The notes beneath the pieces are model-generated. The model had not been told where the DNA came from, ran no database searches, and saw nothing but the letters and a program-made list of their open reading frames with translations. Below, piece by piece: positions 29,253-38,950 of a DNA stretch of 54,443 nucleotides (its first letter is position 1; each line of letters starts with the position of its first letter). The position numbers and the translations under genes were made by a program. Source of the stretch: Chlamydiales bacterium (GTDB lineage Bacteria; Chlamydiota; Chlamydiia; Chlamydiales; FEN-1388); NCBI GenBank assembly GCA_041737255.1, contig JBGSSB010000115.1, positions 1 through 54,443 on the forward strand. The letters run 5' to 3'.

Positions 29253-29581
29253 ATGCAATCAAAACGATTTATTACTTGCCTCATAGCCATGATTACAATG
29301 ATTATGGTGCCCATCCGGCACTAATGGCCTCAAAAAAACAAGAGAAGTGCAAAAACAGCTCATCGGCTTGCAGTACTCATCAAAAGAAAAAATGTTGCGA
29401 CAAGCTAAAGCAGATTGACGAGACAACAGCGCAAGATTTACTCACGGACATGTATATACTTTCTCTAGTAACTGAAATTAACAAGACTGTCGATGAAGAT
29501 CTTGCAGTAGACGAAGAAATCCTCGACAAAATCAACCAGATACTTGAATGCACCTGCCCACCCGAAAGAAGCTCTCGCTAG
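29253..29581 (+). pseudogene. Small secreted paralogue of the large gene's N-terminal stalk, frameshifted in its signal peptide
   Basis: AGGA RBS and ATG 29253 give MQSKRFITCLIAMITMIMVP; a -1 shift at 29310-29312 continues HPALMASKK...INKTVDEDLAVDEEILDKINQILECTC. Confidence 0.7.
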
Positions 29582-29594
29582 TCAACAAGCCTAC

Positions 29595-29628
29595 CGCTGT
29601 GATGTAAGAGAGCCAATACATCACAGCG
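29595..29628. repeat. Perfect 12-bp inverted repeat after the small paralogue
   Basis: CGCTGTGATGTA-N10-TACATCACAGCG. Confidence 0.75.
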
Positions 29629-29715
29629 ATGAACAATCCACCTCCATACCTGACCCCACAATACTTTAGCGCTAAACACTTGCAATTAAAGTTAAAAATT
29701 TGTATAGTACACATC

Positions 29716-30744
29716 ATGAATACTTTAACTCTATTTTTTACCCCTATTGTTTATGAATCTGCGCAAAAAACCTGGAAACAACAGGTAGCTGAAGCGTGCG
29801 ATAACTACTTTTATCTGGGCGGCAAAAAAATATGTCTACTCAACAACAAAGAAACACGACCCTTTGAACAAAAGCCCTCTTTTAGAGAAACCCTTCTTAC
29901 TGCATTAAAAGTAACCTCCTACTTTACCATTGTGCTTCCCACATTTTTTTTCTTTGCCAAACTTGCTTTTCGTCCAAACATAGTGGTTTCTGCACCTGTA
30001 AACCTAAACAACGAGCACTTTACCAAACTCTTCAACGCCCCCTATGATGAAGATAAGCTCCGCCACTTTGGCTTATCGAACTTAGACATAGAAAAGGCCT
30101 CTCTACTAAATAGTAAGCTACGCAGCATGACTCATGAAAATCTTGAAAAGAGCGCTACTTCTTTTGCAAGCTTCAGGGATCTTCAAAGGCTCTTTTCACA
30201 TAACTGGCTAAATGACACATGCGTTAACGAACACCTAAGACTCCAAATTGCAGACAGACGCAACTTCTGCTTTATTAACTCACTTTCAGTGGCAAACCAC
30301 AAGCTTACTCGCATCACAAAGCTCTACCCCATATTCCAAACAGGCGAAAACACAAAGCTTAAAAAACTCTATGAAACACAAAAAACTCTCCTCATGCCCT
30401 TACACGTTGGAAACAACCACTGGACACTACTAGTCGCTGACATCGACAAAAGAACGCTCAGCTACTACGACTCACTGTCTCTTCGCCCACCAGAGGTTAT
30501 CGAAGAACTACAAGCGCACCTCAAAAAAATTGCCCTCCACGAAAACGTAGAGCTAGCAGCTAACGACTTTACCCTTGTAAATGAGCCCTGTCCGCAGCAA
30601 TCCAATGGCTATGACTGCGGCGTCTTTGTGCTTCTTGCAGCAAAACATACCATTGAAGGCACGCCCCTTGAATATAGTCAGCGAGATGCCCCCTACATGC
30701 GCCTAAAAATCCTTTCAGATTTCTGTGCTCACCTGACTTCTTGA
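29716..30744 (+). CDS. Ulp1/SENP-like (peptidase C48, clan CE) cysteine protease with chlamydial DUF648-like N-terminus; putative effector
   Basis: WLND, PLHVGNNHWTLL, YYDSL, PQQSNGYDCGVFV; N-term DNYFYLGGKK...ALKVTSYFTIVLP...AKLAFR. Confidence 0.88.
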   Translation: MNTLTLFFTPIVYESAQKTWKQQVAEACDNYFYLGGKKICLLNNKETRPFEQKPSFRETLLTALKVTSYFTIVLPTFFFFAKLAFRPNIVVSAPVNLNNEHFTKLFNAPYDEDKLRHFGLSNLDIEKASLLNSKLRSMTHENLEKSATSFASFRDLQRLFSHNWLNDTCVNEHLRLQIADRRNFCFINSLSVANHKLTRITKLYPIFQTGENTKLKKLYETQKTLLMPLHVGNNHWTLLVADIDKRTLSYYDSLSLRPPEVIEELQAHLKKIALHENVELAANDFTLVNEPCPQQSNGYDCGVFVLLAAKHTIEGTPLEYSQRDAPYMRLKILSDFCAHLTS

Positions 30745-30806
30745 AGTTGTTTAGCTATATTTGCCTTTTTGCTATACAGTAGACTTTTCTAACAAAAGGT
30801 ATTTTC

Positions 30807-31304
30807 ATGGCGACAGTTACATTTAAAGGATCGAGCGTTCACACAAACGGCCAGCTTCCACAAGTGGCAACCAAAGCCCCGGACTTTGTGTTAACCTCAG
30901 CTGATCTTAAAGACTTCTCATTAGCTGACTTTGCCAGTAAGCGTAAGCTCATTTCCATAGTCCCAAGCCTTGATACAGGCGTTTGCGCTCTTTCTGCTAA
31001 AAAATTTAATGAGGCTGCAAAAAAAGACCCCAACCTACTACTCATCGTAGTCTCTGCCGATTTGCCTTTTGCACAAAAAAGAATGTGCCAAGCCGACAGC
31101 CTCGACAACATCCTTACCCTTTCGATGATGCGATCCAAAGACTTTGCCACAAAATATGGCGTTTTACTTACCGACGGCCCATTAGCCGGCCTTGCCGCTC
31201 GCGCGGTTGTTGTTCTTGATGAACAAGACAATGTTATCTACACCGAACTTGTCGGTGAAATAACTGATGAACCGAACTACCAAAAAGCACTTGATGCGAT
31301 ATAA
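30807..31304 (+). CDS. tpx: Thiol peroxidase (atypical 2-Cys peroxiredoxin)
   Basis: VPSLDTGVC, SADLPFAQKRMC, GPLAGLAARAV. Confidence 0.95.
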   Translation: MATVTFKGSSVHTNGQLPQVATKAPDFVLTSADLKDFSLADFASKRKLISIVPSLDTGVCALSAKKFNEAAKKDPNLLLIVVSADLPFAQKRMCQADSLDNILTLSMMRSKDFATKYGVLLTDGPLAGLAARAVVVLDEQDNVIYTELVGEITDEPNYQKALDAI

Positions 31305-32169
31305 AATAACAGCCCTACTATTTATTGCGACGGTTATTGCCTGCACATCGCAGCTTACTGCAACCATCATACGAACCGAGAGCTTTGCCACATTTTTTAT
31401 GGCGTGCGAAGACTTTACTGAAAAGAGCCTCGTAATTTTTGATGTAGACCGTGTGTTAATAGAGCCTCGCGATGCCATTATGCGCGCTCCCAACCAGCGC
31501 ATGCTGTGGGAGCTTCGCCACAAATATGGAGCGCACCTATCAAGTGCCCAGATGGCCGATATATCAAGTATTGTAAACCTTAATGAAAGCTCATCTCTTG
31601 TCGACCCCTTAGCGTTAGCCTTTATCAACCACATTCAACAAAGAAACATCCCCATTATTGGCCTTACTGCAACAGGCACTGGTGGCTTTGGCAAGATAGC
31701 CTCAATTCCTGACTGGCGAATTGCAGACCTTGCCCGCTTTGGCATATCATTTGCCACAAGTTTTCAGCAGCAGCCCCCCTTTGTTCTTACCCAGCTCAAC
31801 GAAAGAGGGACCTCGCCTGTATTTAAAAGTGGCATACTCTTTACCGGAGGCTATAGCAAAGGGGATGTATTGGAAGTCTTTTTAGACACCGTAGGCTTTA
31901 CCCCTGACAAGGTGCTCTTTGCCGATGATCTTTTCTACAACCTTATCTCTGTAGAAAACGCCCTTGCCAACATGGGAGTAAAACATGTGATTGCCTATCA
32001 CTATTTGGGTGCAGATAAAATACCAAATACGATAGACCCAGAAGTAGCGGAATTTCAAATAAAAACCCTACTAGAAAAGGAACAATGGCTAAGCGATCAA
32101 GAGGCAAAAACCGACATCCCCTCCCAGAAACTCTCACAGATGCAGCCCTCGCTAGAATCTCTGAGATAA
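31294..32169 (+). CDS. DUF2608-like HAD-fold exported protein
   Basis: Signal-like N-terminus, IFDVDRVL, GLTA, GILFT..SKG, FADD. Confidence 0.75.
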   Translation: MRYKITALLFIATVIACTSQLTATIIRTESFATFFMACEDFTEKSLVIFDVDRVLIEPRDAIMRAPNQRMLWELRHKYGAHLSSAQMADISSIVNLNESSSLVDPLALAFINHIQQRNIPIIGLTATGTGGFGKIASIPDWRIADLARFGISFATSFQQQPPFVLTQLNERGTSPVFKSGILFTGGYSKGDVLEVFLDTVGFTPDKVLFADDLFYNLISVENALANMGVKHVIAYHYLGADKIPNTIDPEVAEFQIKTLLEKEQWLSDQEAKTDIPSQKLSQMQPSLESLR

Positions 32170-35100
32170 AAGCTACTCCCCTAGGCATGCATGAGCGCAT
32201 AGAAATTGCCCAGGACTTAGCAGGCCTTATTTTAGAAAGCGCAAAGAGTGTGCAGACTCGCAAAGAAAAAAAGCGAGAGCTCGAGCTTTCTAAAATGATT
32301 CAAGATCCAACAGGCAAAGTCCTTATTGCCAACATACTAGACAGCTGCTTTCGCACAGATGACGCAAACCGTCTTATAGATCAGATCCTTTTTTTGCTAT
32401 CACAGCATGGCACTCCCTCCTTTATGAGCCCTCTACAAAAATTGGGGCTAAAAGCATTTCAAACCGTTGGCTGGCTTGTGCCAAAAACTGCTGCCGCTCT
32501 CATCAAAAAATTTGTGCAATTACAACTTGAAGATGTCATTGCTCCAGGAGAAAAAGAGCCCTTACAAAAATACCTCAAACGGCTCAAAAAAAACCCGGTA
32601 CATATAAATCTTAACAGGCTGGGAGAAGCTATACTGGGTGAACAGGAAGCAAACAACCGACTAGAGCAAAACATTATAGACCTTGCAAACCCACTCGTTG
32701 ATGTCATCTCCGTTAAAATTTCAAGCATCTGCAGCCAGCTGAACATTATTGATTTTTCAGGGAGCCTAGCAAGGCTAAAAATTGCCCTAAGACGCCTTTA
32801 CAAAGAGGCCCTAAAGAACCAGAAATTTGTAAACCTCGACATGGAAGAGTATAAAGATTTACATCTTACAGTAAGGCTTTTTCAAGAGGTATTGGCAGAG
32901 CCTGAATTTTTGCATATGCCAGCCGGCATTGCTCTGCAAAGCTATATCCCAGATTCTCACGTCATACAGCAGGAGCTTACAAAGTGGGCTCTACAGCGAA
33001 AGCAAATGGGCGGTGCCCCAATAAAAATACGCATTGTCAAAGGTGCCAACTTAGGGATGGAACGGGTAGAGGCTTCTATCAAAGAGTGGCCTCAGGCTAC
33101 CTACAAACAAAAAGAAGATGTAGATGCAAGCTTTAAAAAGATGCTTCACTATGGCCTTACAAAAGAGCATGCCGAAGCTGTACATATAGGTATTGGCAGC
33201 CATAATCTCTTTGATATCGCCTATGCACTTGTTTTGGCATCAGAAAATGACCTCCAGCCCTATGTTACCGTTGAAATGCTCGCTGGCATGGCCCCCCACC
33301 TTGCTCGCGTAATGCCAAAGCTCTGGAAAAATGTTTTACTCTATTTACCCTGTGCCAAAAAAGAAGAATTTCATAATGCCATTGCCTACCTCATGCGCCG
33401 GCTTGATGAAAATACAGCCCCAAACAACTTTCTTACCCACCTTTTTGGCCTTACAACAGCAAGCAAAGCCTGGGATGAACAAAAAGAACTTTTTTATGAC
33501 TCCTGCCAAGAAAGCAGCAACGCCGCAACAACCCCACGCCGGACGCAAAATAGACATGTCATTGCCCTACAAAAAAAATATACCGGCCACTTCACAAACG
33601 AACCTGACACCGACTTTAGCCTTCCACAAAACCAATCCTGGGCCGAAGAAATCCTCAAAGAGTGGCGAATTAACTACCATGAAATCAACCTCGCTATTGG
33701 CGGCCATATGCTTGTCTCATCTGAGATTGCACAAGGGATCACCCCCTCTCGGCCTGACTGTAAAATACACACCTATTTTTTAGCTCAGGAATATCAAGCA
33801 AATGTCGCCCTAGAATTTGCAAAAAATCAGGCCCCTATTTGGGCAGAAGTCCCGCTGCGCGAACGAATTGAAATTCTTGACAAAGTAGCCGACATACTAC
33901 GGGCTGAGCGCAAAAAAATTATAGGAGCCATGATGCAAGAGGTAGCAAAACCTATTGTTGAGGCGGACGCTGAATTTTCCGAAGCCATCGATTTTGTTGA
34001 CTACTACACAAAAGAACTTGAATCACACGCCCATGCAGATACAATTTTTTCAGCAGCAACAGCAGCACTTGTTTTAACCCCATGGAACTTCCCTGTAGCC
34101 ATTCCAACCTCTGCACTCATCTCATGTCTCGCCTCTGGACATAGTGTGATTTTTAAGCCCGCACCCGAAGCTGTGCTCTGCGGCTGGTTTCTTGCTCAGT
34201 GTTTTTGGCAGGCAGGAGTGCCCAAAGAAGTGCTGCAGTTTATCACCTGCGATGACGACTCCATAGGCTCAATGCTAGTTGCTGACCCCCGCATTGACCT
34301 TGTAGTACTCACTGGCGCTACAGCCACTGCGCGCAAGTTTTTACAAATGCGGCCCACCCTAAAACTCTACGCCGAAACAGGCGGCAAAAATAGCCTTATC
34401 GTAACAAAACTTGCTGACCGTGATTTAGCGGTAAAAGATGCCGTACAATCAGCCTTTGGCTTTGCCGGACAAAAATGTAGCGCCCTTAGCCTACTTATTT
34501 TAGAAGAAGAGGTCTATAACAGCCCAGCATTTCGCAGGCAGCTTTTTGACGCCGCCTCAACCCTTGTATGTGGATCTGCCCACTGTCTCTCTACGCAGGT
34601 AAATCCTTTAATACGGCCGGCATCGGGCCCTCTTTTGCAGGCGCTTACTACCCTGGATGAAGGCGAAAGTTGGCTCCTAGAGCCAAAGCAAGACCCTGCA
34701 AATCCACACCTTTGGAGCCCCGGCATTAAGCTTGGAGTGCAGCCTGAAACATTCATGCACCAAACAGAACTTTTTGGACCAGTATTGGGGGTAATGTGTG
34801 CAAAAAATTTAAAAGAAGCTATCGACTTTGCCAATAGCACCCCCTATGGTTTAACAGCCGGAATACACACACTAGATGCCAGAGAGCAAATAGTGTGGAA
34901 ACGAGATATCATAGCCGGCAACTGCTATATAAACCGCCCAATTACAGGCGCTATCGTAGGACGTCAGCCCTTTGGAGGGTGCAAAGCATCAAGTTTTGGT
35001 GTTGGCATAAAGGTTGGCGGGCCAAACTACCTGCTTCAGCTTGGCAACTGTACAGAAATACCCCCACATGGCCTTCATGAAATATCCCCTGATATTATGG

Positions 35101-35693
35101 ACTTAGAGGGCGCCCTCATGCAACTTGGGGGTAAAAATAATGACGCAACCACATTCTATAAGGCAGCTGCCTCAATGACCTTTTGGTGGGCCAACTATTT
35201 TACAAGACCAAGAACACTTAGGCGCCTTGTGGGGCAAGATAATATCCTAGAATACAAACACCGCGATGAAATTTTTGTCCTATTTGAAGACTCCGACAGC
35301 ATCCTTGATATCATGCTTATCTTAGCTGCTGGGCGTACTGCGGGCTGCAAAATAACGTGTGGGGCAAGCTTTAAGCTACACCGCCGCCTTTTTAGGCAGG
35401 GACCCCTAGCGAAAATATTTACGAAGTTTAATTGGCGATACGGAACCACCCAGGAAATAGTTAGGATTATAGAAAAAACACCCCATGCTCATGTACGAGC
35501 GTTGAGCGAACTACCAGATGACATTGCAAAAGAGCTTGCCCAAACAATCGGCAGCTTAGACATTGTCCCTCCTTCTAGAAGTGGGCGCCTTGAGCTTATT
35601 CGCTTTGTCAGAGAGGTGGCAGTCTCACACGATTACCACCGCTACGGCAGCCTCATGGCACGAGAGACAGAGCCCCGTGAACATATAAGGTGA
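32085..35693 (+). CDS. putA: Bifunctional proline dehydrogenase / P5C dehydrogenase
   Basis: [51 protein letters not shown]; true start may be ATG 32187. Confidence 0.93.
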   Translation: MAKRSRGKNRHPLPETLTDAALARISEIKATPLGMHERIEIAQDLAGLILESAKSVQTRKEKKRELELSKMIQDPTGKVLIANILDSCFRTDDANRLIDQILFLLSQHGTPSFMSPLQKLGLKAFQTVGWLVPKTAAALIKKFVQLQLEDVIAPGEKEPLQKYLKRLKKNPVHINLNRLGEAILGEQEANNRLEQNIIDLANPLVDVISVKISSICSQLNIIDFSGSLARLKIALRRLYKEALKNQKFVNLDMEEYKDLHLTVRLFQEVLAEPEFLHMPAGIALQSYIPDSHVIQQELTKWALQRKQMGGAPIKIRIVKGANLGMERVEASIKEWPQATYKQKEDVDASFKKMLHYGLTKEHAEAVHIGIGSHNLFDIAYALVLASENDLQPYVTVEMLAGMAPHLARVMPKLWKNVLLYLPCAKKEEFHNAIAYLMRRLDENTAPNNFLTHLFGLTTASKAWDEQKELFYDSCQESSNAATTPRRTQNRHVIALQKKYTGHFTNEPDTDFSLPQNQSWAEEILKEWRINYHEINLAIGGHMLVSSEIAQGITPSRPDCKIHTYFLAQEYQANVALEFAKNQAPIWAEVPLRERIEILDKVADILRAERKKIIGAMMQEVAKPIVEADAEFSEAIDFVDYYTKELESHAHADTIFSAATAALVLTPWNFPVAIPTSALISCLASGHSVIFKPAPEAVLCGWFLAQCFWQAGVPKEVLQFITCDDDSIGSMLVADPRIDLVVLTGATATARKFLQMRPTLKLYAETGGKNSLIVTKLADRDLAVKDAVQSAFGFAGQKCSALSLLILEEEVYNSPAFRRQLFDAASTLVCGSAHCLSTQVNPLIRPASGPLLQALTTLDEGESWLLEPKQDPANPHLWSPGIKLGVQPETFMHQTELFGPVLGVMCAKNLKEAIDFANSTPYGLTAGIHTLDAREQIVWKRDIIAGNCYINRPITGAIVGRQPFGGCKASSFGVGIKVGGPNYLLQLGNCTEIPPHGLHEISPDIMDLEGALMQLGGKNNDATTFYKAAASMTFWWANYFTRPRTLRRLVGQDNILEYKHRDEIFVLFEDSDSILDIMLILAAGRTAGCKITCGASFKLHRRLFRQGPLAKIFTKFNWRYGTTQEIVRIIEKTPHAHVRALSELPDDIAKELAQTIGSLDIVPPSRSGRLELIRFVREVAVSHDYHRYGSLMARETEPREHIR

Positions 35694-35746
35694 GTATCAT
35701 ACTTGGCCACAAATGAAGTCACAAACAGGATTCACTTAAACAAAAA

Positions 35747-35891
35747 ACTTAAGCGATTAGAACGATGAAACGATAAAAACGATAAAAAATAAAACCATCT
35801 CGATTTCCTCAGAAAGTTCGAATTTTTTTTCTTTTCATCGTTCCTATCGTTCTATCGTTTTAATCGTTGAGAGCTTAAGTAAACGGTATTG
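35747..35891. repeat. Palindromic MITE/REP-like element built from about 9-bp subrepeats
   Basis: Left arm four (A)ACGAT(T/G/A)AA-type units, right arm four inverted ATCGTT units, bounded by ACTTAAG / CTTAAGT. Confidence 0.65.
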
Positions 35892-35974
35892 GGGATGATC
35901 CCAATTTGACCCCGATTTTTTAAAGGCAGAACCCTGATATTTGAACTTTGCCCCTACAACAAAAATAAGAACGC

Positions 35975-36003
35975 TTGACTTAAAATTATTATTACTATAA
36001 AAT
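35975..36003 (+). promoter_or_regulatory. Sigma70/sigma66-type promoter
   Basis: TTGACT-N17-TAAAAT. Confidence 0.65.
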
Positions 36004-36034
36004 TAGTGTATTAATTTTAAAAACGGAGCTGTTT

Positions 36035-36406
36035 ATGAATGCAATGAATTGGGTTGGAAGAGTTGTTGCAGGATCTGTCGTATCCTTTTGCATTAAAGAT
36101 TTAGCCGCACCCTATATTTTTGGAAATTCTCGCTCATTCTTAGTAACAGCAGCAACATCAACTCTAAGCGCCTTAAGAGTAGCCGCTGTAGGCACAGGCA
36201 CACTTGCCATTGCAGCAGGTGGCTTTGTAGCAGCTCAGCACATCGCACACAAGACAGACCTAAAAAATGGTGACGGCTATGACCTAATGATGGACAGAAA
36301 CTTAAGTGAAAACACTGTTAAGCAACTTCACACCTACGGCCCTGCCGCAACATTCGCTACATCACTGCTGCCCTTACTCTATTTTGCCTATACGACAGTC
36401 TATTGA
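36035..36406 (+). CDS. Small hydrophobic hypothetical protein
   Basis: GGAG RBS, promoter upstream, long Ala/Thr-rich hydrophobic stretch and hydrophobic C-terminus. Confidence 0.7.
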   Translation: MNAMNWVGRVVAGSVVSFCIKDLAAPYIFGNSRSFLVTAATSTLSALRVAAVGTGTLAIAAGGFVAAQHIAHKTDLKNGDGYDLMMDRNLSENTVKQLHTYGPAATFATSLLPLLYFAYTTVY

Positions 36407-36416
36407 TTCAAAAAAC

Positions 36417-38819
36417 TTAATACGATTGAGGTTCCCAATAATTATTAGCTATATCACCACCATTTTCTTTGAACTGCCGAAACACGCGGGTTATCTCTTC
36501 CTCTGGAAGCTTTTTTCGCCTTACCTCAGCCAAAAGGCCATAAAGATACGTAGTATTATTGGGCTCTAGCTCTACAGCTTTTTGCAACGAGGTAAGGCAA
36601 TCATTTTTGTGTTCCAAATCATAAAAATATATAAGCCGGCCATGCTGAAAAGCATACTCGGCGTTTAAAGGCGCCTTTTCCGTCGCTTTTTTTCGCAGTC
36701 CAACTATCTTGTTAAACTCCTCATCAGAGTGCTTTCCTTCCGCCTCATATGGCTTTTGATAGATATCAGCAAGCGCCGCATAGCAGGCAGCTTCCGCATC
36801 AACCCCACAATCCAGAGCCTTATTATAGTATCCTAAAGCGGCCTCAACATTGCCTTTTTGTGCAAAAGTTTGCCCAACATCAAAGTAGGCGTGACTTAGC
36901 TTTTGGCGCAATTCTAAATTTTCTGGGTAAAGCTCAATAGCTTTAGTAAGCATACCAATGCAGCTTTGAAACTGCTTCAACGAAAGTAGTCGCTCGGCTT
37001 CTCGGCTGTAGGCTTCCACATTTATCTCAACTGGGTAGGAAGAAAACTTCTCCTTGAGCTCCTCAAAGGTCTTTATAGCCATTGCATAGTCGCCTTTAAG
37101 AAAATAAGCGTCTACAAGACGATTCACATGCTCTGCATACTTACTAGGATTGGCATTGTATGCCTCAAGATTATATTCTATTGCCCTTGCAGCAAGCTCT
37201 TGAATATCTTTTTTAGATTCAGCATGGTACTGCACCATATCGTCTACTATTTTCTTAAGCTGCGATACCTCCTGTGATATATCTTTAGGCATACCATCGG
37301 GCTTATTGTGACCCCAGCTGCCGTCAAAGGCAGTAGTGATAAGTTCAATTGCCTTTTGGCCATCTTCTAAAACAGCATCAAAGCCCTCACCATTTTTGCC
37401 AAGCTGCAAAAATGCCCTGTTCTGACTTGAGCTTTCACCTTTAAACATTCCAAGAGCCTTAACGATTGAGGGATACACCTCAGAACTTTTAACCCGCGTA
37501 ACAAAGTCTGCAATTTTCTTTTTTACATTTTGTGGATTTGAGGCAATCTGCGCCCCAACTTTGGTGCCTTGGTCAATAGCAAGCTTGCCTCGTTCTTCTA
37601 TATAACGCTCATCACTTTTAGCTCCAGGAGCATCAAGTACTTTCTGAGCCTCATCAAGGCGACCAAGATTGCGATAACAGTCACTTAGATTGACTAAAAG
37701 AGATCTACTATCTGCTTGAGGGTACGCTCGAGCTTTTTCATAAAGACAAACTGCCGCTTTAAACTTGCCATCATCATAATTTCGTTTTGCAAGCTCAACA
37801 ACTGCCTTATCATCACCGTAGGTCTCTGCAAGATCTGCCACTTTTTCATACTGCCCAGCCTTGTACAAAGCCGCTAGCACTGGTTCGAGCTCATCGGCTG
37901 TTAGGCGAAATCCATGTTCTTGCATTGCAGTAAGACTCGCCTGCATTTTGCCGCTATTTTGTGCCTTAGCCGCCTCAGCTATAAGCCCAATACAAAGTTT
38001 TCTCACCCAAGGCTTTAGCACCTTATTTTTCACTTCTTCATAAGCTTTTAAAGCCTTATCAAACTCACCCTTGCCACAGTAAAACTCTGCGAGCTTTTCG
38101 TTGATGCCAGATATAAGCTCTTGTGTTTCTTGAAAATTTTTAAGTTCAGAGGGCAGCTGCTCAAGACTCTGCAACCCCTCATTTAGCAACGCTACATCTC
38201 GTTTTGTTGTATATACTTCAACAAGCGCTCTTGCAAGATGAATTGGTGCATCAGCAGGAGACTTTGCTTTCACACATACCCTTAGTTGCTCTATTGCTTC
38301 AGCCCACTTTCCATTATTAGCATGAATGCGCGACATGCTGAATTTGAAAATGGAATCTGTCTTTTGACTTATCTGAGAAGGCGCCGCTCTCACACGCGAC
38401 CAAAAGCTTGGACGCAGCTCTTTTTCATTATCACTGTGATACTGACGGATATGTACATCCAGTTCCTTTAGCGATTGCAGACACTGTTTAACCGTGCTAT
38501 CAATACTTGAGTGGTTTTGCAGTGTTTGCAACAGCGATTTGATCGTATCATCATTATAATGAAAGCGCTCACCATAGCGCAAAAACTTGAGAAGCTCATA
38601 ATTTACGCGAACTATTGCAGTGCGATCCTCAAAACCAAAAAATCCCTTAACCTTGTTCCAAAGGCGCTGGCCTTTTGTTGTAACCGCCACCGCATTATCA
38701 GTTACTATGAGAGGAGCGTCCGCTTGAGCCGATGAAAGAGCTTGAAGGGTTTTTGCGTAATCAGCTTTTGAAAGATCCTGATGATGATCCCACTGGGGAT
38801 GGTAATAATCACAATTCAT
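36417..38819 (-). CDS. Tetratricopeptide-repeat protein, putative effector
   Basis: Repeated TPR-like helices (GEFDKALKAYEE, GRLDEAQKVL, KAIELYPEN, LQKAVELEPNN). Confidence 0.85.
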   Translation of the reverse strand: MNCDYYHPQWDHHQDLSKADYAKTLQALSSAQADAPLIVTDNAVAVTTKGQRLWNKVKGFFGFEDRTAIVRVNYELLKFLRYGERFHYNDDTIKSLLQTLQNHSSIDSTVKQCLQSLKELDVHIRQYHSDNEKELRPSFWSRVRAAPSQISQKTDSIFKFSMSRIHANNGKWAEAIEQLRVCVKAKSPADAPIHLARALVEVYTTKRDVALLNEGLQSLEQLPSELKNFQETQELISGINEKLAEFYCGKGEFDKALKAYEEVKNKVLKPWVRKLCIGLIAEAAKAQNSGKMQASLTAMQEHGFRLTADELEPVLAALYKAGQYEKVADLAETYGDDKAVVELAKRNYDDGKFKAAVCLYEKARAYPQADSRSLLVNLSDCYRNLGRLDEAQKVLDAPGAKSDERYIEERGKLAIDQGTKVGAQIASNPQNVKKKIADFVTRVKSSEVYPSIVKALGMFKGESSSQNRAFLQLGKNGEGFDAVLEDGQKAIELITTAFDGSWGHNKPDGMPKDISQEVSQLKKIVDDMVQYHAESKKDIQELAARAIEYNLEAYNANPSKYAEHVNRLVDAYFLKGDYAMAIKTFEELKEKFSSYPVEINVEAYSREAERLLSLKQFQSCIGMLTKAIELYPENLELRQKLSHAYFDVGQTFAQKGNVEAALGYYNKALDCGVDAEAACYAALADIYQKPYEAEGKHSDEEFNKIVGLRKKATEKAPLNAEYAFQHGRLIYFYDLEHKNDCLTSLQKAVELEPNNTTYLYGLLAEVRRKKLPEEEITRVFRQFKENGGDIANNYWEPQSY

Positions 38820-38950
38820 AGAAAATCCACCTATTTACCCATGAGTACCAAATAAATAATTAATTAACAATTGCTCTGTGATAAATTAAAATATAATTTG
38901 TACTATATTCTATTTAGCTTATACTAAAGGTAAGCAAAGATGCATATTTA

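Noticed and set aside
32085-32169. 85-bp overlap between the DUF2608-like gene and putA as a special feature
   Set aside because: Probably start-codon uncertainty; in-frame ATG 32187 removes the overlap
35747-35891. Possible CRISPR array
   Set aside because: Units are about 9 bp with no unique spacers, are arranged as an inverted pair, and no cas genes are present
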